Below are positions 48,751-60,300 of a stretch of 64,000 nucleotides of DNA, in pieces; position 1 is the first letter of the stretch; each line of letters begins with the position of its first letter. This DNA is from a virus. Lineage: Duplodnaviria; Caudoviricetes. Below the pieces are notes generated by a model. That model was not told where the DNA came from, ran no database searches, and worked only from the letters and a program-made list of their open reading frames with translations. Location: IMG/VR virus record IMGVR_UViG_3300025413_001239. The stretch is one strand, 5' to 3'. A program made the position numbers and the translations under genes.

Positions 48751-49214
48751 TTATGGATAATTACTTTATGTTTTATTGAGTCTCTAACGATAAAGTCATT
48801 ACGAAACATGTATTTATTTAGTAGGACACCTATTGTATTGCTATTAGCGTCACCACTTTGTTCAGCTATTTTATGTTCACACTTATTTAGTATTTCTTTA
48901 AGTTTATCTGTTTTTATGTACCATATTTCATTCAATTGTTTGAAGTATGTTACGAACCATTTGGCTTTAGTTACTAGTATACCAGATTCTTTACCTCGAC
49001 AATTTGTTTCTATGAACATGTTACCAGTATCATCATATATATCTGTTTTGCATTCATAGCTTATTTTTTCGTTATTGAATATTACGATGATGTCGTGTGT
49101 ATTATCCTTATTATTTGAGTCATAGATAGCACCCATTGAGATTAGGTCTTCGATTACGACATTTTCGCCAGCTTCACCTATTATTAGGTCTTTATTAAAA
49201 TTATAATTTGCCAT
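48726..49214 (-). CDS. PD-(D/E)XK nuclease-like protein
   Basis: GEAGE...HDI...YECKTD...NMFIET. Confidence 0.6.
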   Translation of the reverse strand: MANYNFNKDLIIGEAGENVVIEDLISMGAIYDSNNKDNTHDIIVIFNNEKISYECKTDIYDDTGNMFIETNCRGKESGILVTKAKWFVTYFKQLNEIWYIKTDKLKEILNKCEHKIAEQSGDANSNTIGVLLNKYMFRNDFIVRDSIKHKVIIHKWQKKNQN

Positions 49215-50020
49215 GGTGTAAATATACTAATTAATTTTTAATTTGTCAAATTAATTTAAATTTCGTATATTTGCAAAAAAAGAAATGGAAGAAGCATTTA
49301 AGCATTTTTTTGGTTTATGTGGTGAGGGTCATCCAAGTTTTTTATATGCTTGTGGTCTTACACCATTTTTGATATGGTTTAGGGATACGATTAAGTTGTA
49401 TTATAATTTGATTATTTCAAATTTAGGAAAGTTTTTAAGACGTTTTCTGTGATATTTTTATCTTCATTGAATATTAGTTCAAGGTTATTAAAGAGTTTTG
49501 AGTAAAGGAATTTTATATGTGCCTTATTGCTTAGTTGAAACTTATCGCCGTTTTCGGTTATTATTGTTCTTTTAAAGTGTTTTTTATCCTTAATTCTATG
49601 AACTGGATAGTTCATTTTTAGGTATTTAAGCATTAAATTTTGCATTGTTTGCATCTTATTTATAAATATGTTAAAGTTTGACAATTACGTTTTTTACGCT
49701 TTATGTGATTATTCTTATATTTTGTATAGGGACACACATTATCGTAGATATCGTTCATTTTGTTGTGGTTTTAGGTCAACAATTCAATTAGATAATTTTA
49801 GTAATGTTGATTGGGAGCGTTTATTTGCGATGTGTGGTTATTTGATGTTATTATTTGGGTTTAACGTAGAGGAAAGCATGGGTTATATTAAAAGATACTT
49901 TTTAGAGGATAAGTTTATTATTTTTGAATTACCGACAAGAAATATTAGAGAATATTTCCCAACTAGTTTTAATTAATATTTATTTTAAATAATTATTTAG
50001 TATATTAAAAAGAAAAAATT

Positions 50021-50335
50021 ATGGCGTTACAAATTACTGATGGAAACCTGAATGAGGTTTTAAGTACAAATGAATTAGTTATGGTAGATTTTTTTGCTGA
50101 TTGGTGTGGTCCTTGTAAGATACTAGGCCCAGTAGTTGACGAATTATCTAATGAGATTACAGATGTTGCGATTGGAAAGTTGAATGTATCTGATAATCCA
50201 GAAAAATCTGCTGAATATGGGGTTACCAGTATTCCATGTTTAATTTTCTTCAAGAATGGCAAAGAAGTTGATAGGGTTAGGGGTGTCTTACCCAAATCAG
50301 CTTTAAGGAGCAAAATTGATGGATTAAAAAATTAA
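50021..50335 (+). CDS. trxA: Thioredoxin
   Basis: VDFFADWCGPCK, SIPCL. Confidence 0.95.
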   Translation: MALQITDGNLNEVLSTNELVMVDFFADWCGPCKILGPVVDELSNEITDVAIGKLNVSDNPEKSAEYGVTSIPCLIFFKNGKEVDRVRGVLPKSALRSKIDGLKN

Positions 50336-50387
50336 ATTAAGGAGCTGGAAACGGCTCCTTTTTTATTTTTAAGGATATTTATGGTAT

Positions 50388-51469
50388 ATGGGTACTAAAT
50401 TAATAATAACTGAAAGACAGCTTGAAATTTTAAAGAATCATTTAAATGAATATTCTCACCATGAGTCTTTGGTGGAAAAGATTGTAAGCGATTTGAATAC
50501 AAATTATGAACCAATGATTGGCATTATGCGTGAGGATGGTGAGTATCATGAGAATCCGATGATTAAAATCAAGGTTGACGATAGTGAAATTGGGGTTGCT
50601 GATTTATATGAATATATGAAAAAGAAATACAAGCTTGGTGAAGAATTTATTAAGCAAGTAATAAAAGATTGGATGTTTGGTACTGTGAAGGATGGTAACA
50701 AACTATCTAAGAATGTTGCCATAAATTAATTTGATATGGACATCAAGGTGAAAATTAGGCAAGCGTTACGTGAACAGTACGGTGAGTTTAATACGCATCT
50801 GGAGCATATCTATGAAGAAAAGGTTACTGATATTTTAGCTACTGGTAACAAAAAGAAAAAAGAAGCTTGGAGTACATATAATCAAGTAGTTTTAGAGTTA
50901 AAGCATTCGATTAAAGATACATTAAAGGTCAAAAAGTTACAATATGAATTAACTGATGATTTTAACCCAAATGAGGTTTGTATTGAGATTATAAGGGAGG
51001 TCGATAAGCCATCACCAGAGTTAGAAAGGCTCTATATTAAGATAATGAATTTTATTTAAAATTAATGACCAAAGAGCATTCTCAAGATATTTATGAATAG
51101 ATAACATTTATTAAAATCTTGGCTATGCAATTTTCTGATTTTATAGTAAAAAATAGTTATGGTAAAAATACGTTACTTGATAAAGAATACAAAAAATTAA
51201 TCAATAATGTTATTGTTAATAGTTCTGAAGAGGAAGAGATAAGGTGGGAGACTTATAATTTAATCATCAAAGAGATGATAAAAATAAACGATTGTGAGTA
51301 CTTTGAGGAGATAAAATATAGGTTTACGGATGGTGAGAATCCAAATAAAGTTTTAATTGATATTATATCAAGGTACAAGCCAGAAAATCTTAATCACTTA
51401 ATTTTATATTTGATGGGTAGGGTTGAAGAGTATTTGGAAGAGGATTTCTTAAAAAGATTTTATTTATAA
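50388..51469 (+). CDS. Three hypothetical proteins (50388-50729, 50736-51059, ~51119-51469)
   Basis: First begins KLIITERQL; ATATTTAT motifs upstream of the first and third. Confidence 0.6.
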
Positions 51470-51504
51470 TTGGATTAATTGAAAATATTTAGTATATTTG
51501 CATT

Positions 51505-52908
51505 ATGGTTGAAACTAAGTCAATAGATAGGTTAGAGTTTTTAGCTCAGAAATTTGATGTATTTGAAACTGATAAAGAAAGTTTGGATGCTAAGATATCT
51601 GGGTTAAAGAGTAATGGGTATTTTATAATACCGTTGACACATGATGAAAAAGTGTTAGCTTTGATTTATACTAAGGAGATTAATGATAATATAAAAAAAT
51701 ACGTTAGTGTTTCTTTAGAGGTATTTTCAGAGATTATTTCTGCGGACCCAAGTGTTAATAAATCATTTGTTCAATGGATGTTAAATATCTTTACAAAATT
51801 TTTATTAAATGGTAAGTATGATAATGCTACTAGATTTGTGATTGAGGATTTACCGTTGGCCAATGAATACATTAAGATATTTGAGGGTAACAAGCGTAAG
51901 AATAAATTTAAGGAATTTTGCGCCGCATCTTATTTAAATAAGCATGTTCAAGACCCAACTGATATTAATCAATATAAATCATTATCACAGTTATTTGATG
52001 CTGTTGACCCATTCATTAAAAAGAATCCAAGTGAGATGGAATCTTTATTAATGAGGTTTGTTAATATGAATCAAGCTATAATTGCGACTAAAGATAGAAA
52101 GTTTACGCTTTTTATTCCATTAAGTCTTGAGGCCTGTGTTGCTTTTAATGGTTATGCTAACTGGTGTACTACGAGACCTGGTAACGGTATGTTTAAAAGT
52201 TATACATCAAATAAGCGACCAGATGGTAAAGATTCAAAATTGTATATAATAATTAACAATAAGTTCTTTAATAATGAATCAAATGAATTATATCAGATTC
52301 ACTTTGAAACTAATCAGATAAAAGATAGAACTAACAGTTCAAATGTTGATATTTTTGAATCGGTTATAAGTCAAAGTGAATCATTATCGAATTACTTTTA
52401 TGATGAATTGATGGGGATGGCTAAGTTAGTTAAAAATGGCTTAGAAAATAACAAGTACTTAGATTATTTGATTAAGTTTGGTTTTTGTGAAAGTCTTTTT
52501 GAGTTTATAGATGGTAATTCTCCAGTGATTAAATTCTTGGGCAATAGTGGAAAAATGGAGATACCTAGATTACCAGATATGAGCAAATTTACCTCATTAG
52601 ACCAACTTATGCTTATTGAGGTAAAATTAAGTGAATTACATCCTTCAATTGGCAAATTAGAGTCATTAGAGATGTTGATATTGACTAATAATAGATTAAA
52701 GTCGTTACCAAGTGAGATTGGTAATTTAAAGAATTTAACATTTTTAAATATTACTGGTAATAAAATTGAATACATACCAGAGGAGATAAAGTATCTTGAT
52801 AAAAGCAACGGTGGCCAATTACTACGTATTGCGATGAAAAAAGATGAAATAGGTGAAGAGAATTATAAGAAGTTAAAAAGGTTGTTACCAACAACTTTAT
52901 TATCATAA
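51505..52908 (+). CDS. Leucine-rich-repeat protein
   Basis: C-terminal LxxLxLxxNxLxxLPxxIGxLxxL repeats; central NWCT motif. Confidence 0.85.
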   Translation: MVETKSIDRLEFLAQKFDVFETDKESLDAKISGLKSNGYFIIPLTHDEKVLALIYTKEINDNIKKYVSVSLEVFSEIISADPSVNKSFVQWMLNIFTKFLLNGKYDNATRFVIEDLPLANEYIKIFEGNKRKNKFKEFCAASYLNKHVQDPTDINQYKSLSQLFDAVDPFIKKNPSEMESLLMRFVNMNQAIIATKDRKFTLFIPLSLEACVAFNGYANWCTTRPGNGMFKSYTSNKRPDGKDSKLYIIINNKFFNNESNELYQIHFETNQIKDRTNSSNVDIFESVISQSESLSNYFYDELMGMAKLVKNGLENNKYLDYLIKFGFCESLFEFIDGNSPVIKFLGNSGKMEIPRLPDMSKFTSLDQLMLIEVKLSELHPSIGKLESLEMLILTNNRLKSLPSEIGNLKNLTFLNITGNKIEYIPEEIKYLDKSNGGQLLRIAMKKDEIGEENYKKLKRLLPTTLLS

Positions 52909-52958
52909 CATAATGGGTCTTCAGAAATGAGGACCCTTTTTTATTTAAAACAAAATTT

Positions 52959-53468
52959 ATGAAATGGAAAAGAGCAGGTAAAGAAATTACCGTACCGTTA
53001 GCCGACTATTTAGAAAATTTAATAAAAGAAGAAAAAGCATTAAATCATGATTTAATGGTTTCTGTTGGTACGGATTCACAAAGAGATGGTAAATCATACA
53101 AATTTGCAACTGTTATTCTTATAACTGTTAAAGAAGATTTGGGTGGTGGGGTTATTGTTGGTAGAGGTGGTAAAATAATTGCTTCAACATATAATATAAA
53201 AACACATCAAAAGAGTAAAGAAGGTGTTAATGAAAGAATGCTTACTGAAGTTGGTAAATCAATTGAGATAGCTTACGAAATAAACCCACTTTTAGAAAAA
53301 TATGGTATAAAAATGGAAATTCACGCAGATATTAATCCAGACCCAAAATGGGAATCCAATAAGGCGTTAAGCAATGCTATTGGTTGGATTTTAGGTATGG
53401 GTTATGATTTTAAGGTAAAGCCAAATGCATTCGCCGCATCATACGTGGGGGACCGTTACGCTCATTAA
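52959..53468 (+). CDS. RNase H-like YkuK/DUF458-family protein
   Basis: VSVGTDSQ, RMLTEV..SI, EIHADIN, KVKP.AFAAS. Confidence 0.8.
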   Translation: MKWKRAGKEITVPLADYLENLIKEEKALNHDLMVSVGTDSQRDGKSYKFATVILITVKEDLGGGVIVGRGGKIIASTYNIKTHQKSKEGVNERMLTEVGKSIEIAYEINPLLEKYGIKMEIHADINPDPKWESNKALSNAIGWILGMGYDFKVKPNAFAASYVGDRYAH

Positions 53469-53552
53469 TTTTTTTTTATTATTTTTATAACTTTTATGAA
53501 ATTATACATATTTATATAGTAAGATAAAAGTATTTTTAAAAATATAAAAAAC

Positions 53553-53753
53553 ATGTCAAACACAAAAAAAACAGTTAGAATCTCAGAAAACGATTTGGTT
53601 AATTTAATCGATAACATTGTTGCAGAAGCGGTTAATGTTAAAAAGAAAGAATGGATTGCAGAACAAACTAAAAAGGGTGATAAAACAGCTATCTTAGAAT
53701 CTAAATTAGCAGCGTTAGAAGCCAAAATTAACGGTTTGACAAAAAGAAAGTAA
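53553..53753 (+). CDS. Small coiled-coil protein
   Basis: VRISENDLVNLI; terminator downstream. Confidence 0.6.
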   Translation: MSNTKKTVRISENDLVNLIDNIVAEAVNVKKKEWIAEQTKKGDKTAILESKLAALEAKINGLTKRK

Positions 53754-53880
53754 TCTAATTTAATTTAAAAATATAAGCTAGGAGGTGTAATAATATGCCT
53801 CCTAGCTTTTTATTTCTATACTTTACCTTTTTCCATGTGTATTTAATTATAAATATCTATATAAAAATGAAAAGTCGTTT

Positions 53881-54612
53881 TTATCGGTATATTTCAGGAT
53901 ATTTTTCTCCAAACTTACGAATTATTTCACCAGCCTTATAGTTTGCTTCATTTTCAATTGGTGAACCAGCTTTATTGTTAGCATCATGGTGTGATTGGTC
54001 AAGTCTACCTTCTATGTCTTGTTTCATGTGAGTTAATTCATGTGCTATGGACCTCATAATATCAACAACCGCTCTTTCTTTTGCGTAAACATGAACTTTC
54101 TTTTCACCGTAAGCGGCAGTTGTAACAAGTCCTTCACGACCATATTGCAACGTAACTTTTGTATGTGGAATTTCTAGGAAGTCACAAGCAAAATCAATAA
54201 ACTCATTCATCATAGCAACTTGGTCTTTTGAATGTCTATTGAAAAGGCCTTCTCTTAATAATTGTTTTATTTCTGGTTTCATATTTTCATTTAATTTTGG
54301 ATACCTAATCATTGATTGTGTGAATTGATAGCTCTTATGGTGTCCTTTGTTATGCTTAAATCCGAATCGTTTATAGAATTGGATAAGTCGATTTTTGGAA
54401 CCACCAAAATCGCTGGCTGGTGTTAAAGCGATTATTTGCTTGTTAGCATCAGCGTATTTAACAAGGTCTTCGAGTATTTTAGTACCAATTCCAGAATTTC
54501 TGGAGTCTTTTTTTATCACAATTCTGGTTAGAATTAGACTGCTAGTATTTTCATAAATGTCCAGACCGTCTAAGTATTCACCGTACTTGTTTATTAAAAT
54601 ATCCTCAATCAT
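53881..54612 (-). CDS. GNAT acetyltransferase-like domain fused to an HExxH zincin-like domain
   Basis: RNSGIGTKIL...LIQFYKRFGF; SIAHELTH...ENEAN. Confidence 0.7.
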   Translation of the reverse strand: MIEDILINKYGEYLDGLDIYENTSSLILTRIVIKKDSRNSGIGTKILEDLVKYADANKQIIALTPASDFGGSKNRLIQFYKRFGFKHNKGHHKSYQFTQSMIRYPKLNENMKPEIKQLLREGLFNRHSKDQVAMMNEFIDFACDFLEIPHTKVTLQYGREGLVTTAAYGEKKVHVYAKERAVVDIMRSIAHELTHMKQDIEGRLDQSHHDANNKAGSPIENEANYKAGEIIRKFGEKYPEIYR

Positions 54613-54665
54613 TATAATAAATATTTAATAGAAATAAAAAACCCCACATTTAGTGGGGTTCTTTA

Positions 54666-55937
54666 TTATTTTTTTGATTTTGTTTTATCAGATTTGATAG
54701 CGATTTCATTCTTATCACTATCAAAGGATATTTTAATTATTTCACCTTCCTTAACGTTACCGCTTAGTATTTCATCGGCAACTTGGTCTTCAACATAGCG
54801 TTGAATAGTTCTTGCTAGTGGTCTAGCACCGTAGTTTTCATCGTAGCCTTCTTTAGCTAAGAACTCAACAGCTTCTTTTTCAATCTCAAGTTTATAACCA
54901 ACTTCTTCAAGTCTTTTTTGAACTTCAGCAACTTCATTATAAATGATTTTGTTGATATCCTCTGGCTTAAGACTATTAAACACGATTGATTCGTCAATAC
55001 GGTTTAAGAATTCTGGTTTAAATTTCTTCTTTAGAGCTTTTTCAATGATGCTACGATTTCTAGCATCTTCACCAGCGATGGTTGTTGCGGTTTCGAATCC
55101 GATTGTTTTTCCAAAGGTATTTAATTCCTTAACACCAACATTAGATGTTAATATAATTAAAGCGTTTTTGAAATTAACTTTACGGCCAAGACCATCTGTT
55201 AATTGTCCTTCATCAAATAGTTGAAGCATAATGTTAAATACGTCATCATGCGCTTTTTCGATTTCATCGAATAGAATTACACAGTGTGGTTTACGTCTAA
55301 CTTTTTCAGTTAGTTGACCACCTTGGTCGTAACCAACATAACCTGGTGGTGGACCAATTAATCGTGATACTGAGTGTTTCTCCATGTATTCACTCATATC
55401 AACCTTTATAAGTGCTTCAACGTCACCATAAACGTGCTCAGCGAGTAGTTTAGCTAAATACGTGTTATGGCTTAAGATACCATTAGTGTAATATCTTCGA
55501 TTAGAACCTTCTTTTAATTCAAGGTCATACATAACCTCCTCATAACCTAAATTAATAACCTCAATAACTTTCGATTCAATTAATTTACCATCATTATCTG
55601 ATACCATTACAAATGACCCAATTTTTAAGTCTTTAACAAATACTTCAGTTAACCCAATTGGTTCAAATGTGGTTTCATTATATTCAGTAACAAATATAAT
55701 ATGATTATCAGCACATTTTAGTTCTTTACCATCAGATAATTTAAGTTGATATACTTCGTAAGGTATTGTTTCATGTAATGCTTCTATATCAACAAATCCA
55801 TCGTCAGTTAAGACTTCGTACTCGCTAATTTTGGTTGTTTTGGTAATCTTTTTTAAAGATTCTAATTCATGTTTATCAAATAATAAAATATTATCTGACC
55901 CATCAACTCTTTTTTTAATTTCTTCTATTCTACCCAT
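54666..55937 (-). CDS. clpC: C-terminal half of split ClpC/ClpB: C-intein (158 aa) plus AAA2 domain
   Basis: LKCADNH, MYDL...NGILSHN|TYLAK; DMSEYMEKHSVSRLIGPPPGYVGY; FKPEFLNRID; YGARPL. Confidence 0.9.
   Translation of the reverse strand: MGRIEEIKKRVDGSDNILLFDKHELESLKKITKTTKISEYEVLTDDGFVDIEALHETIPYEVYQLKLSDGKELKCADNHIIFVTEYNETTFEPIGLTEVFVKDLKIGSFVMVSDNDGKLIESKVIEVINLGYEEVMYDLELKEGSNRRYYTNGILSHNTYLAKLLAEHVYGDVEALIKVDMSEYMEKHSVSRLIGPPPGYVGYDQGGQLTEKVRRKPHCVILFDEIEKAHDDVFNIMLQLFDEGQLTDGLGRKVNFKNALIILTSNVGVKELNTFGKTIGFETATTIAGEDARNRSIIEKALKKKFKPEFLNRIDESIVFNSLKPEDINKIIYNEVAEVQKRLEEVGYKLEIEKEAVEFLAKEGYDENYGARPLARTIQRYVEDQVADEILSGNVKEGEIIKISFDSDKNEIAIKSDKTKSKK
55464..55937 (-). other. C-fragment of split intein
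   Basis: Block B-like ADNH, block F YDL, block G SHN followed by Thr. Confidence 0.88.
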
Positions 55938-56069
55938 TTTATTTTATTTTTAAATTAAGATTCGTAAATTGGCATATATCTTTTCTAAAAGTCGTTTTAT
56001 GTAATGCTAAAGAATAACTTTTAATTACATAAATTAAATCATTTATATTATATATACTTTTTCCATTTT

Positions 56070-56432
56070 TTATAAATTTATTCTATTGATTAATTGAATA
56101 TATGAGTTAATACTTAATTTTTTAGATAGATATTTTTTTATTATTTCTGGATTATTGTATTTTTTTGGATTATCCAAAAACTCAAAAAGAATTTCTAGAA
56201 ATAAATCTTTTTCAATATCACTTTCACTACAACAACTCATAAAATCACCAAATGATGGGATAAAAGTATTAATATCAGTCATTATTATTATTTATATGTT
56301 TTAGTATTTCTTTAATAACATCTACCCATTGATTGGTTTGAGTTATATGTTTAATTTTGTTTTCTGAAAAAGAAGATACTTGTCTAAGACCTTCTTTATC
56401 TGTAATAATAATCTCCATTTTATTTTCCATAT
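56070..56432 (-). CDS. Two small ORFs inserted between the intein halves
   Basis: Preceded by a TATATTTG promoter at ~56445-56452. Confidence 0.5.
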
Positions 56433-56452
56433 TATTTTTTTTTACAAATATA

Positions 56453-57673
56453 CTACTTTTTATTAAGGAAAGCAATACATTTATTTATTATTTCTTGTTT
56501 ATTTCCCCATCGATATTCTGAATCCCAAATTACTAACACTTTATAACCTTCTTCAAGTGCAACATCTAATTTTCGTTTATCTTTATCCCACATTTCTTGT
56601 GCTGTAATGGTTTTTCTAAACGGATGTGGATAATCATCAGCTTTATATTTATTTGGATTTCCATGAAACATATCACCATGAAATTCAATTATCCGTTTAT
56701 TTTTAATATCGGTAAAATCATATAACCAAACACCACCTTCTTTTTTAGTTAATTTAAACTCACTATTATGTGTTGCGAAATGAACTTTATCCCTATCACT
56801 AATATCATATGTTTCTAAAATTTTATAGAACAAATCTTGAGATATTTTAGAATATCCAATAACTATATTACCATTGGTTAATAACGATTTTAACCATTTA
56901 TTTTGTCTTTCAGTAAAACGTTTTTTACCTTCTTCTTCACCATACTTTGCAATGCATTTTTCAAGACTAAAAGTTGACTGATGTTCTGATACATTTTGTT
57001 TTGCATCTTCTTTTGAATAACCTTTATTAACCCAATATTCTATATTGGATGGTATTAATCTAGTTTCAAAATCAACTTGTTTCGCAGCTTCAGTTTGGTT
57101 TTTACTAATTATATCTTTCGCCTCGTTTTCAGAATATCCTTTATTAACCCAGAAATCAGAATTTGTTGGTGTTAAACAAATACGTTTTATATCTTCATCA
57201 GAGTAACCTTTTTCTTTTAACATTTTTTTAGATTTACCATGATAAGTTTTAACACATTTAGATGATTTTTGTTGTTGTTTAGAAATTTCATTAATAGCTT
57301 CTTCTTTAGTGTAACCTTTATTAACCCAATATTCCTCACATAAACGATTCCTTTGTTTTAATTCTTCATTACGTTTATCCAATTCAACCAAAGCGTCTTT
57401 ATCATTCCAACCACGTTCAATCCAATATCCTAATTCTCCCCATTTTTTAGTTTTAAAACCATAATTTTTAACCAACCAACCACGCATTAACGATAACGAA
57501 ACAACACCTTCTTGTTCTTGTAATTTAATCATTAATGATTCCATTTTTTTTTTAATCGTTTCATTATCGTAGTGTATGTTTTTATCTAATTTTAAAACAT
57601 GGTCTTTAAACGTTTCTAAATCTGGAAACACTTCATTCACTTCTTTAATTCCTTTACTTGTTTTTATCTTCAT
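56453..57673 (-). CDS. Free-standing Vsr/PD-(D/E)XK-type homing endonuclease with YW...GY repeats
   Basis: YWVNKGYS repeats; YDF...IIEFHGD.FH...GYKVLVIWDSEY. Confidence 0.8.
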   Translation of the reverse strand: MKIKTSKGIKEVNEVFPDLETFKDHVLKLDKNIHYDNETIKKKMESLMIKLQEQEGVVSLSLMRGWLVKNYGFKTKKWGELGYWIERGWNDKDALVELDKRNEELKQRNRLCEEYWVNKGYTKEEAINEISKQQQKSSKCVKTYHGKSKKMLKEKGYSDEDIKRICLTPTNSDFWVNKGYSENEAKDIISKNQTEAAKQVDFETRLIPSNIEYWVNKGYSKEDAKQNVSEHQSTFSLEKCIAKYGEEEGKKRFTERQNKWLKSLLTNGNIVIGYSKISQDLFYKILETYDISDRDKVHFATHNSEFKLTKKEGGVWLYDFTDIKNKRIIEFHGDMFHGNPNKYKADDYPHPFRKTITAQEMWDKDKRKLDVALEEGYKVLVIWDSEYRWGNKQEIINKCIAFLNKK

Positions 57674-57719
57674 GACATCTATTTTATAATAAATATCATG
57701 AAGTTTTAAAAAGTTCGGA

Positions 57720-59531
57720 CTAATTGGTGTCGGGTACGATATTTTTTATATTAATAATTTTAATCTCACCAGTTAGTTTATTTCTAACTGTTATTTCTGT
57801 ATCACCACAAATACACTTACCAACACCTGTTGGACCTAAAAAGATGAATGTACCAACTGGTTTATTTTTAGGCTTAATACCAATACGATTTCTCTTGATG
57901 GCTTTAACAACTTTAGCAACAGCTTCGTCTTGACCTATGACTTTACCAGTTAACTCCTTATCAAGGGTAAGTAATTTTTTACTTTCTTGGGTTGAGATTT
58001 TAGTTAATGGGATACCAGTCATCATCGATACAACTTCGGATATTTGTTCAACACCAACAATTGTTTCTCTTTTTTCAAGCTTAGTAGTCCAAGCTTTCAT
58101 AGCGGCTTCTAGTTGCTCATTGATTTTGTTTTGTTCATCCCTAATTTTTGCAGCGTCTTCGTATTTTTGTTTGCTAACAACTTCTTTTTTCCTGATGATA
58201 AGTTTGTTTTTCTTATCTTCAAGGTCCTTAATATTCTGTGGTTTTTCAAGACTAATATTAGTTGCAGCACCAGCTTCATCCATAACATCTATGGCCTTAT
58301 CTGGCATTGACCTTTCCATGATGTATCTATCAGAAAGCTTCACACATTCTTCAATAGCTTCGTCAGTATAAACAACGTTATGGTGTTTTTCATACTTTTC
58401 TTTAATATTTTGAAGAATAACCTTAGTTTCTTCGAGGGTTGGTTCCTCAACAAGAACTTGTTGAAATCTTCTTGTTAAAGCACCATCTTTTTCGATGTGC
58501 TCACGATATTCATCAAGGGTTGTTGCGCCGATGATTTGTATTTCACCACGAGCCAATGCTGGTTTAAAGATGTTACTAGCATCTAAGGCACCAGATGCGT
58601 TACCAGCACCAACGATTGTATGTAATTCATCGATGAATAAAATGATATCTGTGTTTGCTTTACATTCTTCAAGAACGGCTTTCATTCTTTCTTCAAATTG
58701 ACCACGATACTTGGTGCCAGCAACAAGAGAAGCTAATTCAAGTGAATAAATCTTTTTATTAGCTATAATTCTAGGTGCGTTACCTTCTTTAATAAGAAGT
58801 GCAAGCCCTTCAACGATTGAGGATTTACCAACACCTGGTTCACCGATGATAACTGGGTTGTTTTTCTTTCTACGAGAAAGAATTTGTGAAATCCTCTTGA
58901 TTTCGTTAGTACGCCCAACTACTGGGTCGATTTCATTTTTTTCTACTGCTTTGCTGATATCTCTACAGAAATTATCCAACACTGGTGTTTTACCACCATC
59001 AGATTTTCTTTTAGATTTTCTAAAACGTTCTGAATCGTTTGTAAAATCATCTTGTACATCTTCATCGTCCATCGGACCGTTTTTAAAGTTTTCTTTACTT
59101 TGCATTATCATTTTTTTAAATGTTACATAATTGACACCGAATTCATTTAATATATCAGAAATCGGTGTTTTAAAGGCTAAAATAGACAATAATAAGTGTC
59201 TTGTGTCGATTACTTTATCATTAAGTTTCTCACATTCACTATCTATTATTTTAAATACATGTTTAGCATCTTCAGAGAAGATTATATTATTACTAAATTT
59301 GACTAGTACTCTTGGTGTTAAATCGCTTCTTAGGTAATCATAAACAGCGATTTGTAATGCACTAATATCAATTTTATTCTTTGTTAGAATTTCTACACAC
59401 TCATTATCGTTATCGTTTAATAGTGATATAACTAAGTGTTCTGGTTTAACTTTATTATCATCAAAGCTTTTAGCTTCTTCATTAGCTTTATTAATAATAA
59501 ATTTAACCTTAGGATATATTTCTCTATTCAT
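57720..59531 (-). CDS. clpC: N-terminal half of split ClpC/ClpB: N-domain, AAA1, M-domain, Walker A2 and a 31-aa N-intein
   Basis: [44 protein letters not shown]; GPTGVGK|CICGDT...*. Confidence 0.92.
   Translation of the reverse strand: MNREIYPKVKFIINKANEEAKSFDDNKVKPEHLVISLLNDNDNECVEILTKNKIDISALQIAVYDYLRSDLTPRVLVKFSNNIIFSEDAKHVFKIIDSECEKLNDKVIDTRHLLLSILAFKTPISDILNEFGVNYVTFKKMIMQSKENFKNGPMDDEDVQDDFTNDSERFRKSKRKSDGGKTPVLDNFCRDISKAVEKNEIDPVVGRTNEIKRISQILSRRKKNNPVIIGEPGVGKSSIVEGLALLIKEGNAPRIIANKKIYSLELASLVAGTKYRGQFEERMKAVLEECKANTDIILFIDELHTIVGAGNASGALDASNIFKPALARGEIQIIGATTLDEYREHIEKDGALTRRFQQVLVEEPTLEETKVILQNIKEKYEKHHNVVYTDEAIEECVKLSDRYIMERSMPDKAIDVMDEAGAATNISLEKPQNIKDLEDKKNKLIIRKKEVVSKQKYEDAAKIRDEQNKINEQLEAAMKAWTTKLEKRETIVGVEQISEVVSMMTGIPLTKISTQESKKLLTLDKELTGKVIGQDEAVAKVVKAIKRNRIGIKPKNKPVGTFIFLGPTGVGKCICGDTEITVRNKLTGEIKIINIKNIVPDTN
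57723..57815 (-). other. N-fragment of split intein (31 aa)
   Basis: [10 protein letters not shown] block A directly after the Walker A Lys. Confidence 0.85.
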
Positions 59532-59803
59532 TAATTATTTTTTGCAAAGATACGGTAAAAAAACTTAAATATCAAGTTGACATTATAATTTTTTTTTAGT
59601 ATCTTTGCATAAATAAAATATATGTACGAAAAAAAAATTGAATTATTATTAATAAGTGGTTCTTCTGTGATTAAAGTTGAACACTTAGAATGTAGTTACA
59701 GTTATCAAAGTAACTATATTATAATCTGTGAAAATAAAGATGATTCACTGATATGTACCCCTTACGAATTATCGAGGGTTAAATCGTTTAAAATTACACG
59801 TCA

Positions 59804-60250
59804 ATGATATTAAAAAAACAAGAGAAAGATGGTTTAGTAAAAGCAATGTATGATTCATCAAACATAATTGCTTCAATTTATAACTCTAAAAATAATGATT
59901 TAGAGATTGTATTTAAGTCTGGTACAAAATATAGATATAGTAATGTATCTAAATCAGATTACATGAGATTTGAAATTGATGAAAGTCAAGGCAAAATTTT
60001 TAATAGTCACATTAAAAAATATGATGCGACAAAATTAGAGAATGTCGATATTACTAAGATTCTGGATGAAACAACTTCATTAAAAAAACAAGAGCATGAA
60101 GCTTTGGTTTTAGCTAAAAAAGAACGTCTTATAAAAACAATGAAAGGTATTGTATTATTAGCTGATGGTGGAAGACCATTTGTTGATAATCTTGAAACAC
60201 TTAAAACTGAAATTGACGAATACGTCAATAAATTAAAAGAAGAGGTGTGA
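59804..60250 (+). CDS. KTSC-domain protein
   Basis: SSNII...YN...LEIVFKSG..YRYSNV...ESQGK.FN. Confidence 0.85.
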   Translation: MILKKQEKDGLVKAMYDSSNIIASIYNSKNNDLEIVFKSGTKYRYSNVSKSDYMRFEIDESQGKIFNSHIKKYDATKLENVDITKILDETTSLKKQEHEALVLAKKERLIKTMKGIVLLADGGRPFVDNLETLKTEIDEYVNKLKEEV

Positions 60251-60300
60251 GTAATAAATCAACAAGATGATAAAGGAATTAATTTTAAATTTATAATATT

